A stretch of DNA of 62,734 bases, counting the filler, from Dirinaria sp. TL-2023a (Eukaryota): assembly GCA_051941275.1 (NCBI GenBank). It is 7 parts of 7 records of this genome, joined end to end, with 100 filler letters (N's around TTAATTAATTAA, not from the genome) between each part and the next. Parts side by side here need not be neighbours in the genome. Positions count along the whole stretch, not along the records: positions 17,990 to 26,870 come from JAVEBF010001129.1; positions 26,971 to 35,844 come from JAVEBF010001130.1; positions 35,945 to 44,817 come from JAVEBF010001131.1; 4 more parts are not named here. The stretch is one strand, 5' to 3'. Of the stretch, positions 25,245 through 38,505 are shown one piece after another. Every line of letters begins with the position of its first letter. Position 1 is the stretch's first letter. A program made the translations under genes and the position numbers. The notes under the pieces are model-generated. The model made no database searches and was not told the DNA's origin. It saw nothing but the letters and a program-made list of their open reading frames with translations.

Positions 25245-25764
25245 ATAAGTATAGCATAGGCGACGGCGTTTTGGCTGATCAGTAGACAAATGCTGATCAA
25301 AAATGCATGGCGTTCGGTCAGCGTGTATCATATCTGTTCGCGAACTTTTCGTGTCCTTGAGTCTGGAAGGATGTTGGTATATACCATATTCGTTCTCAGT
25401 TCGCTAAAGGGTGGTTGACTGCACTCAGCGTAGGGTCATGATGGGCAAACTGTGGGTTTCCCCATAGTCACGCATGCACGATTATTGTAAGAGTAAAAAA
25501 TCAGTCGGAGAGCGAGTGAAGTCGCTTGAAGATCACTCATATCAAAATTAGCAAATTTTAGGGCTTTCGTGCTTGTATGATATTGCCGCAATATCATGTG
25601 GCTGTAACTCGTACTCGTACTCGTACCTTATTGTTGATTCTGCTTTTCTGCATATGACCGATTGCCGAACACACATCCCTACATGTAAACAGCACTGCAC
25701 TCTAATGAAGCCACTTCAGAGACCTTAGGCTGAGTTGCGGCCATGATACCTTCCGCAGTGAGCA

Positions 25765-26870
25765 ATGGACTTTGAGGTCTCCTATACCCTCGAGAATGAG
25801 CAGCAATTCTGGGACGGTGTGTAAGCCAGCGCCGCCACTGCAAGCCCCCTTCAAGCGACTAACATCGATCATGTAGAGCTCGACGAGATCGTATCAGCGC
25901 ATTGCGAATCCCACGTAGCTATCGATAACACTCTTCGATCATATTTACACTTCATCACCAATTACAAAGGTCTCCCCCAACCCTTCCGCTTTCCTTGCAG
26001 CAGGGGGGGATTTCAAGGTTGCTGAAAATTCGCAACAGCGGAATATCTGCAGACGGAATATGACATCGCTCGCTGCTCGTACAAGCTCCTGGAGTCGGCG
26101 CTTTTCGCCGCGCACCAGGAGTATGTACGAAGGCAGATAACGTACAGTTTACTCCAGGTTCGCAGACTGCACGCCTTTCGAAGAATGAGTGCCTCTTTTA
26201 CTTACCACGGGCGGCGTAGGAAGACTCAGCCGACACTCTTCACCTGATAGTCGCCTTCCTCCTGTTCGACGGCAGGCAAAACGATGTTACGTTCGAGATG
26301 ATGAATGAGGAGGGCGCGTTCCCGAGATTGGTGGAGCTCATTTTGGAGAAGAAGGATGACGACGCGGGCCTGCATCGGATGCTATTGGAGCTGCTTTACG
26401 AAATGTCACGAATACAACGAATACGAATCGAAGATCTAAGTGAGTCCCTTTTATTTTGGGAAGCGTCATCAATGATCCCTGAAGCTCATCGTCATCATAC
26501 TGACGGCAAAACCCTTATGAAGTGCTAATTGAGGACGACTTCATCGTCTACATGTTCGCGATCATCGAGGGTCTCTCGGACGACGTCAACGACCCATACC
26601 ATTATCCCGTTATACGAGTTCTTGTACGCATGCTCTCCCATCTAACGCTTCCTTCCAAACACCGAAGTACCACCACTCTTCCAAACTAACCACCTCTCCT
26701 GCGCGTCACAGCTGATCCTAAACGAACAATACATGGTATCCGCGCACGACCCATCCCCCTCGCAGCCGCAATCCCCCAGCACGCAACTCACAAACAAAGT
26801 AATCAAAATCCTCTCCCTGCACGGCTCCGCCTGCAAAACCTTCGGCGAGAACATCATCCTCCTGCTCAAC
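25765..26870 (+). CDS. LDB17: Ldb17/SPIN90-family protein, multi-exon, 3'-truncated by contig end
   Basis: [17 protein letters not shown] start; later exons encode [62 protein letters not shown]. Confidence 0.85.
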
Positions 26871-26970
26871 NNNNNNNNNNNNNNNNNNNNNNNNNNNNNN
26901 NNNNNNNNNNNNNNTTAATTAATTAANNNNNNNNNNNNNNNNNNNNNNNNNNNNNNNNNNNNNNNNNNNN
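26871..26970. other. Artificial contig linker
   Basis: N44-TTAATTAATTAA-N44. Confidence 0.98.
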
Positions 26971-27248
26971 GTATGATAGGTGCTGGATGGTGCATAGAGT
27001 AGGTGAGTAAGTGGGTTCGATGCTAAGGGCTGTAGTCAGTATGCAGCTTAAGATTTTTTTTTTAATTTTTTTTTCTCCGTAAAAGGAGGAAAAAAGGCTG
27101 GTGTAGGGGCAAGGTAATGTATACTCCTCTAGAAACCTACAGTGCTTGCAATCTTCCACCTCCTGTTTGGAATTGAGGAATTTTGTTAATGGACTAACCT
27201 GCAAGCCGTTTTCAGATCCCTTTTTTTTATTTGCAGATTTTGGGCCTC

Positions 27249-27986
27249 TCAGATCGGTTTTGCAACCTTCCTAGTCTCGTTTTCACCCGTCATCGGATCG
27301 CGGAACTCCTTCCAGCTGATCGGGTACATGGTGTTGCCGGCCTCGCTCTTGGCCATGATAACGCCCAATTCGTTCCGCGCGGTGGTTAGATAGTAGTTGG
27401 TCTGGTCGCCGAGACTGATCTATTTGCAACAAGGAAAGTAGCAAGTGCCTCGAAATCAGCCTCTGAATGATCTACTTGTGAAGACGTAATTGCAAAGCTT
27501 CCAAAAAAAAAAAAGCCGATAAGTGAAATAGGATAATGAGACACGTACCACTTCCGCCCTGACCAAGTCCCCAACGCGGAAACTGTCGCCCACAACCACC
27601 TTCTCCTTCTCCGTCGCTTTCACATCTTCTCTCCTCACCACCCCAGACCACTCATCTGCACACACTTCTTCGTCCACGACCAGGATCGCGACATTGGTTT
27701 GTCGCACCATACATCTCGTCACCCTGGCGAGCACGATACTGCCTACCCTGGGCAGGGTGTTGGTCGTCGAGACATTGGACGATGGCAAGATTGAGGCATC
27801 GGCTGGTGGGAGAAGGCGCGGGATGGAGAGGGTAGGTGGTTTGGTGGTTTTGTCCACGGTCGGCGCCCCGGCTAGGGAGGCCTGGATTTGGGAGCCGTAT
27901 ACATGTGTCCCCGGACCGGCGGCGTATTTTGATGACGGGGCGAGGTTCTGACCGGGGTGCGCCAGAGATGGTAGAGGTGCAGACAT
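27249..27986 (-). CDS. CSL4: Exosome complex component Csl4
   Basis: Exons 27986-27549 and 27419-27249; [64 protein letters not shown]. Confidence 0.95.
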
Positions 27987-28522
27987 TAAGTCTTATTATT
28001 TGACGCCTGAGCACAAGGTTCGGAGGTGCTTTTGTGCGCGCGGGAAACTATCATAGATGGCTTGGCAATGCAAGCATGGTGAATAAATTATGCAAGGTAC
28101 CAAAGAATACCGCCATAAGGTAAGTACTCTCTTAAGTCCTGGCTGGCGTCAATCCATGAATCCTCAATCCCCTGAGAGACCTTCAGCTAATGTAGCTGCA
28201 ATTTGGGGAAGCACAGGTGCGTTCCTGGCGCTGATCCAACGCCCCTTAGTTCAGGTGACGCGCACAAAGAAAAATCAGCAATTATCCATCAGAACATTCT
28301 TATCAACTTCAAAGCATATTTCTCATGAGGTACAGAAGCTTCATTAGATTAATGCATGTAAGTACGGGCTTCTAGCAACCATTTGTACAGCATAGGCGGT
28401 CAGGCATATCTCTATGTGCAAAACGATATGGTGATATCATTTCTGTGGGTTCGAGGTGTGCCCTGACATCCGATCGCTTCCTCCTTGTCGAATTCCTCGT
28501 CCCCCCATCCAATGTTCACTAA

Positions 28523-30246
28523 TCACTCAATTCTAAACCTTCCACCATCATACCCCATAAGCTTTCTTACCATATCCTCCCCACCCCCGCCTCCAACCTT
28601 ATACTTCAATGTCCCTGACGCGATCGACGTGACCCAGCCCTTGGGCGCCGTCGAGAGCCGCATCGGAGATAGGGCAATTATGAGCCGTGCAAGGACAGCT
28701 TCGGGCTTGCTTCGGTCACTGATATCAATGGCGTTGGTGGCGGTAGCTTTATCGGCAGTACCAGACGCGCGTTGGTAGCTGTTGGTGGTGATGACGGCAG
28801 AGGGACTGTAGGCTAAGGAGAGGGATCTGAAGGTTGGAGAGGATTGGAGGGCGGCATAAAGGTCAAATTTGACGTTGGTGGCGTTCTTGGAATTGGATTT
28901 CTCAAAGGCGGAAAGAGAGTCGGTGGACCTGCCTGTGCCCATGGCTTTTTCGATGTCAATGGGTTGAATATTGGGGTGGAGCTGAGTCAGAGGTAGTGAT
29001 CTATCTTTTTCTGGGTGGTGGGAACCTTCAAACGTGGATTTCTTTGCGCCACCACTCAGTCTGCTGAGCAGCTCTCGATGCTCGGGAGAGCTCCAGCATG
29101 ACCTTAGTGCGGACATAATGTTTGCTACAAGAGTAGCGTCAGTGGGAAAAGCGGTCGAGATACAGGATTGGAGGGATTCGGGAGGCGTTTGACGAAGCTC
29201 TTCAATTACTTCGAATTGGAGCAGTAAGAGACATTGTGGAATGGGGATAGTTTCGCACGGGATTCCGTGGCGGAGCTCTTCAAAGTAGAGCGTCCAGGCG
29301 AGGGCGCAGTGGACGTTATGAAGGATGCTGACATCGACAGGATTAGAAGCAATGTCTTCGCAGTCGCATATTTGTGCAATTGGTGTTCGGTACGTATCGG
29401 TTGTGACAGGAACCAAATGGAGTACTTCCCATTTGCCTTCGCGTTTGGTTATGATATGGAGGGTATGCGCTAAAGATCGACGGATCGACCACGAAGTGCA
29501 TTGGTCTGTAAGCTCAAGACAGGGTAGTCCTTGATGCCATCGAATGCCAATCAACCGTTGCCCCGTCTCGGAACGGAGAGCTGCGGGGCGCAGAGTCTGC
29601 TCGCTGAGTGCACCTGTACCTTCCCCTAAGCTATGCAAAGCAGGATCTGATGGGTTTACTCCTAGTCCCAAAGAGAGAAACACCAAAGATTTCCAGTCAC
29701 AATCTAAGGTTACTGGCTCCACATCCAAACTCGAATCTACGAGAATGCGTTGAGCTTGTTTCTTGCACTGGGGTTCAAGACCAATAGCATGTATCAGCCG
29801 CATCCATGAGGCAGCAAGACAGTAGGGCTCGACGTATGGCAGAGATTGGATGTCGATCTGAGCATGGCGACGCTTGACATTGATGAGAATGTTATTGAAC
29901 TCAAACGTAGGACTTCTAAAGGAGCAGACGACAGTCCCACCTACGGGGTTTGGATAGAGATGGAAAAACGCTGCCGCAGATGCAGGAAGAGAGTGGAGTA
30001 GACGGTAGCGAATGAGCAAGCATTGGACGGCATTGTAGAGAATGGGAAGAACTGATAAAAAGTAGAACGGTCAGATTTCCGCATCAGGCTTGGTAGGCTC
30101 GATAGAAAAGTACCCCCAAGGACTGCTAGTGGAACACCAATGTACGTTATCTACCAGCTGCAATTAGCAAATATCAATTTTGCTGATGGTCTCCAGCGCT
30201 GGAAGGACTTGAAGAGAAAACGAACAATATCTGTGGCATTTGCCAT
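28523..30246 (-). CDS. Uncharacterised protein with N-terminal hydrophobic helix
   Basis: Two short 5' exons splice to the 498-codon ORF, giving MANATDIITYIGVPLAVLGVLPILYNAVQCLLIRYRLL...; start codon tentative. Confidence 0.7.
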
Positions 30247-31135
30247 GCCTGTAACAGTCAGATTTGTTCACGAGGAAGACTGCTACCTGTCGCTTTCTAA
30301 GTCGGTAGTGGTAAATGTAACTTCTTCCCTGGAGTCTAAGTAGCCAAGAAGATGGATGAACGGCGAACTGTCCCTGATTGTTAAAGTAGACGCCATGGTA
30401 TCAAGGCATGACTGTTGCGAATAGAAGGTCTTTCTCTACCTTGCCTTGGGGAACGCTGAATTGACGTCGTAAATGGTTCTTGAAACTTGGTGGTGCGGAT
30501 TTAGTAGAGGTCCAAGAAAGATCCAACCAGTTGTGTTGCCTGCCCGAGCTATCAGTACGGGATTGAACTTGATTAATGAAGTCTGAGTCTTCCTCTTACC
30601 CACAGGTATGGAGGTTCCTTACTTTAAGGTACATTACCCCTGGTGCATCGGTATTCTAGGCTACTTCTGGTTAGCCGCTCTTACCTTACGCTCTACTCCA
30701 GCCCTGTGGTAGCCCTAAGGGCGCTAGCCAGGGCTGATGAGCGACGGCCTTCCGTGCCTCAATATTTCCTGAAATTGAAGCTTTGGAGTTGAAACTTGGC
30801 TAAAGCCGCAATTCAACTGCTAACGAAAATTATTCGATATCTATTTATGTACTTTCCGAGCGTGTCGTGGAGGAATGATGAAGCGCTGGGTAATATCCTA
30901 GGTCTTTTTGGAGGCTGACGTGTACCAAAATCGTATGCGGTTGCAGTGAGGAGCCATTGTTGTTAGTCTTTTCACATAGGAACCATGAAAACTTGTGTGG
31001 AGGCTTGGATTCTTTGCCAGCGCGCTTGCGCAGTATATCTAATCAAAATAACTGTGCAAAAAATGCGAAAGACGAGCGAGTATCTGTGACTGTTTCCACA
31101 CAGGTATCAAGCTTAGAAAGAGGAGTTCAGCCGTC

Positions 31136-34100
31136 ATGGCTTCCAGTACTTTAGAAGCTGTCGATCCGTTCATTGGTCTCGCGCATTCCTTAAAAGAGTT
31201 CAAGCAAGCGTTGCAAGTTTTCCCTTTCGTGGACGCTGAAGAGAAGCAGAATGCAATATCGGCATACGAGAACACGTCGAGAAGCTCATTGGAAGCTTTC
31301 TTGCAGCTGTTGAGTCAGCAGATAGAGATTCGCAAGGAAGGTATCTTGCGTCTTGCAGGTTTGCTCAATCTACTACAACCTCGGGCCGCTCAGTCCACAG
31401 CTGCGAAGTTGGACGGCAACCCATCGTCCTTTTTGGGGTTCCTCCAAGCCACACTCATAGCAGGACATCGCATATGTGGCGATTTGGCGATTGTCACTGC
31501 CAAACTCGATCACCTGAGTCAGTCTACGTGGACAATCAGAGGTGACGAACTCAATATCCCTTCAGAAGAAGTTGTGCAAGGTCTGCTCGCTCAGCTGACA
31601 TCTGTCGTTGTCGAAAGTTGCTGCAAGATCTTGACATTAAGTGAGTATCTTTGAAGCAAGGAACTTCTTCCTCTCTTAACAAGGATAGGATCCCGATCTG
31701 AACTTCAGGCTTATGAGCCAGCAGTTCACAGAATTGACCAGGTGTGCCGGAACCTTGGCAGAGAGATTGAGAAGGCTCGAAAGGTGGTTGGCGAAAGGGA
31801 GCGAGCTGACGAGCAGAAGCGTGCTGCGGAAGACGAGAAAATCCAAAAATGTCAAAAATGGATTGAAGAGATGGTGAAGGGAGATATGCAAGACAAGCAT
31901 GACTCAATTGCCAGCAATCGTGTTCCAGGAACTGGAGCGGCTTTTGTCCGCAAAGTCCAAGAGTGGTTGAAAGCGAAGAAGGTGCCCACCTTCCTAGCCC
32001 ATGGCTCACCGGGCATCGGCAAGACGTACTTGACCTGTGCTGTGGTATCGCAGCATTTTGAACAGCCCCTGGAAGGAGTTGATGGTATGGCCTACACCTA
32101 TTTCACGTATGATGACCGTGATCGACAGACACCCTTCGTGGTGTACGCTAGCATAGTTTCGCAGCTTCTCAGAGATTCTAAACTACAAGAGGCAATTTTT
32201 GGGCTTTTCGAAGAACAGAGGAAACTTGCACGGAAACAAAAATGGCAGATCCTTAATGGGTTGAGACGTGCAGTAGCAAGTTTGAAGTCGTCTAAACTTC
32301 TTATCTTCGATGCTCTGGATGAGGCGAGCGAGGAAACGCGGGACCAAATATTAAATTTGCTGGAAGGCGCTCGCTCGGATTCCTCAAGGATTCTCGTAAC
32401 ATCCAGAAGTGACTATCGGGAATCTCTCACCCACGAGCAGGTATTCAGTCATCGCGTGCATGCAGATGAAGATGACATTCGGGCCTTCTCCGAGGACAGA
32501 TTGAAGAATAGGAACGTGAAGCGTATTGTGAAAGCTAAGTACGGAACCGGAGCCGAAGCTCAGAGATTTGCGTCGAGTATTTCAGAAGCGATCCTAATCA
32601 ATTCGCAAGGACTGTAAGTCTCATTTGGTTGTATCGTGTTTCAGTCCTAACAGAACCAAGCTTTCTACACGCATACTACGCTGCCAAAGAGGTATGCGAG
32701 CAGGTTAATATTAATGGAATCAAAACGGCTGCATCCAAGCAGCACAAAGACGCAAACGTCATCTACACTGTAGCTTTAGAACAAATCAGTGGCCTTGCAC
32801 CAGCTAAAAGAGATCTTGCGCATAGAACCATAGCTTGGCTGACTTTCGCAAAGGAGCCATTTGAGGAGAAGAAGTTCAAAGAAGCTTTCGCAATTGACAA
32901 TCGGAGTGGCCGAGTAGATTCCGCAGCGCAGATCGAAGTAGAGAATGTCATAGAGTACTGTCGAGGTCTCGTTGTCCGAGTGAAGACACCTAGAAAATTA
33001 CATCTGCGACTTGCTCATATGACCGCGCAAGAATACTTCGCGCAGGTCGAATTCTTCCAACAATACCATGTGGACATATGCCTTACCTGTTTCAACCGTG
33101 TTTTATCTTGTCTACCATCGAATAGGATGACAAATCAGGTACAGGATAGCTCTGATGATCAAATAGGCGGTAGTGGCGAAGAGTTCGATGGCCTAGATGA
33201 CGTTTCAGACGAGTATATGTTGGAGTCGTCTTCGAACCAGGCATCCGAAGAGTCAAGCGATCTCGGTACAGATGAAAGAGATGAAGAGCAATGTAGTGAA
33301 TACAATGAAGGAGAAGCCGCCGACGACGAGATTGGCGAGTGGCTCTTCGAGGGATCCAATTCCCGGATCATCTCCGAAGACTATCAATCTTGGCGGTTTG
33401 GTGAGGAAGTATGGCCAAGGACACTGATCCCTTGGGTCGCGAAGAAAACGCCATTTTCGTTGTATGCCGGAAACTACGCGCTTTCTCATTTGGAGGACTC
33501 AACTGTGACTTCTGACCTTGAAAGGACGATTCTCGATTTCATCAAGACCGCGATATCTCGAAGACGCAGATCAACGTTTTCCAGCAAATTACAAGATCAT
33601 CCGTATCGCATGAACATGCTTCACATGGCTTCATTCATTGGCGTGTCGTCGACTGTAGAAGAAGTGCTCAGGATGCCGGCGATACATGTCGACGACAAGG
33701 ACTACTTGGGTCGTACAGCTCTAATGTGGGCCTTAGGCCTTGGGAAAGATGCCGCTGCCGAACAACTGCTTGAGGAAGGGGCCCAGATCCAAGAGTACGA
33801 TCGACGAAGACGCTCTACTCTGATGTATGCATCGGCGGTGAAAAACGAAGTGCTTTTGACAAAACTGCTTCAAAAAGCTCCTGAGAAAGACATCGACGCT
33901 AGCTTTCTTTGCTCCTGTGCCAAAGCTAACAATGTCTATCTCATAGATGGAGCTTTATCCCGCGTGAAAATCGATATTGACTACGTTAGTGAGAATGGAA
34001 GAACGCCAATACACGAAGCCGTCATATGTGGCTCTGGGGCTGCCGTAGAGTCGTTGATTCGGCATGGAGCGCAGGTTTCAGTCCCTGATCGCCGCGGACG

Positions 34101-35844
34101 TACGCCTCTAATGGATGCAGCTGAAGGCCAGAACAGCGATATGGTGAACATGTTGATACGCGCTGGTGCAGGTCTAGATTCCCCTAGCGGAAAGGAAGCT
34201 TCTCTGCATATCGCCGCAAAGAACAGAAAAGGAGGAGGCCCAAGGATACTTCAGATGTTGCTCAGAGCAAAAGCGGACATCTTCGTCGAAGATGAAAATG
34301 GGCTAGTACCACTTCAAGCACTCTTACGATTCCATCGAGATTGTCAATGGTCAGAGAAAGAAACACTGGCGTGTGTAAAGCTCCTGTCGGGAGATCCGAA
34401 GACTATTTCCCACCAAAGCCACGATGGAGCAAATGCTTTACATGACGCTGTACAATGTCCATACATCGCAGTTCTGAGGTATATCGTCAGTCGAGCTCCC
34501 CCGAATGCATTTAATTCTAGAAAGAGCGAAGGTCAAACACCGATTTTCGAAGCCTTGATTGTCTACAATGTACCTGCGTTCGATCTTCTGATAGACTTGC
34601 CTGGTATTGACGTGCTGGCAATTCGGCAGGACAAGAAAACCCTCCTCAATTGTGCAGCCTGGGCTAATGAGATCACTGTTGCACAGAAATTGATCGATAA
34701 AGAACCGCGGCTCATAAAACTGGCGGAGCAGCACAGTGTCTCTGCCATACATTATGCCGTTGAGAGAGACAATCCAGAAATGTTCGAACTACTCTTGAAA
34801 GCTGGTAGTGATCCAAGGTCACGAAGACATAGATTCAACACGGACCTCATATCTTATGCAGCATTTGAAGGGCGGGTGTGGTGCTTGGACACATTGCTGG
34901 AATTGAGAGCTTGGATGGCTTACGATCACTTGGGCCATCTGGTAGCTCACAAAGATGATTTGGGTAAAACCCTGCTTCACGAAGCAGCAGCTAGTGGCTC
35001 CACGGCTGTGCTCCAAAAGATCTTAAGCTCTTTACCTTTGGAGGGTTTATCACTCGAGGATCGTGACGCATTCGGCCAGACGCCGTTGCATTATGCTGCG
35101 CGCGCCAGGAAAGAAACCCTTGTCAGCCTCCTTCTGACTGCCAAGAGCGACAAAGATGCTCTAACATATACTGGGGAGACACCTCTCGACTTGGCATTGG
35201 AATATGAGGCAAGCCAGACCGTGCGTACCTTGGTTCTCGCCGACGCTCATGTTGGTCAAGGCTCGCGCTTGACATGGGCGAAAATACAACGCTACCAAAA
35301 CGAAGACTTTTTCGCCCAGTTAAATGATATGATGGCGGCGACGACCGATACACAAGAAAATGATGGAACGACCGGCCTTCAATCATGCAAGGAGAAGACA
35401 GTCTGTCGAATAGGGACTGAGCACGACGTTTTCAGCCAATGGAGCCCAAGCATGCCATTCTTGGAGCTCACTGTTCCGGAAAGCGCTGTTTTACCTATAA
35501 CCCAAGTCATTTTCGAGACAGTTTCTCATGATCAAGGTGAGACTTGTGTACTTGGTTTTGATGGTCGCTAATTACATGATGGCAGGATGGAGCAGCGATG
35601 CATCCCAATGGCACGGCACTTATGATCATTCACACACCTATTTCGATGCTGCTGTCCATAATATTTGGGAGAATATTGGTGACACTGAACAGAGGCAGTC
35701 TCGACGAATCCGAGTTCAAACAAATATACACGCCGATTTTGATTCCCGTACACATGTCAATACTTTCACTTGTGAGGACCTCAATCAAGGACGAAGAGAG
35801 TGGGTACAAGCTCTACGTCCGGGGGATAGAATTCAACTTTACGC
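31136..35844 (+). CDS. NACHT-type NTPase + ankyrin-repeat protein (fungal NLR-like), 3'-truncated by contig end
   Basis: Exons 31136-31640, 31689-32613, 32661-35536, 35586->35844. Walker A GSPGIGKT, Walker B LLIFDALDE, ILVTSR, GLFLHA, RLAHMTAQEYF; many ankyrin repeats (GRTALMWA, GRTPIHEA, GRTPLMDA, GKTLLHEA, GQTPLHYA, GETPLDLA). Confidence 0.92.
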
Positions 35845-35944
35845 NNNNNNNNNNNNNNNNNNNNNNNNNNNNNNNNNNNNNNNNNNNNTTAATTAATTAA
35901 NNNNNNNNNNNNNNNNNNNNNNNNNNNNNNNNNNNNNNNNNNNN
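35845..35944. other. Artificial contig linker
   Basis: N44-TTAATTAATTAA-N44. Confidence 0.98.
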
Positions 35945-36485
35945 GGTGAGGAGGGAAGGATGGATGAGAAGGGTGGATGAGTGTTAGGTGTGTGGAGTGT
36001 AGGCGGGTTGAAATGGTGAAGAGGGAAGTGAGAAGGCAGAGGTATGAGGGACTAGGGGGGAGGAGAGATTTGGGGTCTGGTGAGGGTGCGAATTAGATAT
36101 TTGTATCGCATTTGCTGAACAGCAAAATCTCAACCCTAGCATAAGCCTAATCGACCAAGCAGCCCCGAACTACCTTACTTTTAACTTAGTTTCTCCGGCT
36201 TGGCGGGTACGAATTAAGCGGTCTCTAAAAACGATCGATCTGGGACGGTAAGGTAGAGTCGCTTACGCGCAACACTTTAGAAGCTGTAATACTAACAAAT
36301 CAAGACACGGGAATCGGAGTCGCCTAACGCATGTACGGATATAAATCGTGGGATGTAAAGATGGCGGCCGACAGCTTCAAAACTCGTAACAGCGCGGTAA
36401 GGATGACGGCCCATCTTTCATATATATTGTATACTTCCTTCGCATTCTAAAAAGTCCTGTTGCCAATTGTGTCCTGCTCGCAATA

Positions 36486-37309
36486 ATGCAATTCCTTCCC
36501 ATTCTCGCCATCTTCTGCTTCAGCAGCCATGTTCTAGCGGACGGCAGATTGGAGCTCACCGACGCCCTCGCTTTTTACGCCCAGCAATGGGAGTTCCAGG
36601 CTCTAGCCGCAACCACGATGGTCAACACCGACCCAAAGTCCGTCTTTCCCCCCCAATCACCCACCACTGCCTGTCATCAAGCAGCTATCGCAGTCTATTA
36701 ACCTTTCCCAAAAGTCACGCGAAGCGCCATGATGGCCCTGAAACCCCCAACAAGATACTACTCACCCGCCGCGATAACCCTATCCGGTACGACGTACCTC
36801 TCTGCAATACAACCCTGTTCATTCGATCTGGCGCGCACAGCCTCTCGCAGACAGCGATGACGAGCGCGGTCGCGGTGACATTTGGCGTGAGTCAGAAATT
36901 CATTGCTCAGTTCGCTGATCAGGGGTTGCCCGCTGGGTTGGATCCCTTGAATGTGGTTCCCGGAGGGGGGTCGGCTGCCGTTGGTTTGACGAGCCAGACG
37001 GATCAGAAATTGACTTATGGGATCATTGGTGCGGCGATGCAGGTTAGTGGAGAATTATTTTTTCTCTTTTTTTCTTTTGGAATGGGGTCTGTTCGGATAG
37101 TTTTTCGGGCGGTCAAGTCTGGGCTTGTTGTAAGAGGATTCATTGATTCGGAGGCGGAAAATGAAGTTGATGGTCTGTTGACCGCTGCTGATTGGCTCTA
37201 GGGGCTATTTAATAGCATGATCTCAAATGGCAGGTTCTATGAAGTCAGCTTCGAGATCTGGGACGGCCAGTGGGGACACGTCGGTGATGGTGTTTTGAAG
37301 GGTGGTTAG
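36486..37309 (+). CDS. Small secreted protein of unknown function (3 exons, ~195 aa)
   Basis: Signal-like MQFLPILAIFCFSSHVLA; exons 36486-36637, 36715-37042, 37202-37309 splice in frame; ends LTYGIIGAAMQGLF...VSFEIWDGQWGHVGDGVLKGG. Confidence 0.75.
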
Positions 37310-38505
37310 AGAGGTGAGCGATCTTCGAGGCAATTAGGGAAGGAAATCTTGACTTTAAATGATGCATTTGTTGGCTCTTGGTATTCTCCCAATCCCATGA
37401 TTCAATGCTCGTATTGAGCAGGCTCTGCTGCTGCGAAAATCCACACTAAAAAATACATACGTGTATTTCCAAGAGTCTATCTCAGACTCAACAGTCTCCA
37501 ATATCTGCCTGATAGTCCAATATGCCCGCTTGTCGCATACATAGCTCCCTTCTGTTCCCGCTGTCCAAGCCCCTCGCTCGATTTATCGCCGTATGAAGCT
37601 GGGAAGAATATGTTTTCCCGAACACCCCTTTTCTAGATTTGATTATTTGCTTTGCCACTGTCCTGGCTCTGCTTTGATTTATTTCTCAAAGCCGGCTCTA
37701 CCTTTTAGTTCTCGTCTTACCGTAGATAGGATGGCTGGTCTGACGTCAGTTGATAGGGCTCCCCTGTCGGCCATTCTCTCAATTGTGAATCTCGGATATG
37801 TGGGTTCACTCCTAGACCGAGGTTTACTACAACTCAAACAAAATCACATGTGAGGCAATGACGTACAAAGACCCTATCATCATAAGCGGCTACAAAACAA
37901 CATACCTTAAGGCTTATTTTTCTAACTATCACAACATCAAGTATCGTCAGACCTCATACTACGTACTACTATCTTCAACCATTTTATGAAGTTAATTCCA
38001 GAAAGTTATTACCACAGCTACCAAGTGACGCTTTCACGTGGGGTATGCCTTGGATTCTCCCTCAGAGAGTCATAAGTTATCGAGCAAGCGACAAGCCACA
38101 GTATTATTGATGCGTCCTGGTAGCAGCAAGGTCTCCACTCTGATTCTACAAGTGCTCATGGAGCCAAGGCCTCAGTCGATCCACGTCAAGTGAAGCAACT
38201 TTGCGTGTATGCTTGGTGCTTCGATAGTGAACATTATTCACTACTCAAAGAGAATTAAACGAGGTTTTTCCTACTCAATATCTCATGGATACTGAGAATA
38301 TATTCAGTCACGACGACTCCTGGCTAAGCCCGTAGTCTGAGATATCTCCTCTAAGTGCAAGGCTTCGCGGGGCTTTGACTAACTTGCATTATTATCACGC
38401 TGAAGGATTCTTTCATAATCTGACCAAACTTTCAACTCCATTGATCGACGAGTATTTCTCAAGCAGTTCGGAGACTCTGCAGAGCTCAACAGAACATTCA
38501 TCATC

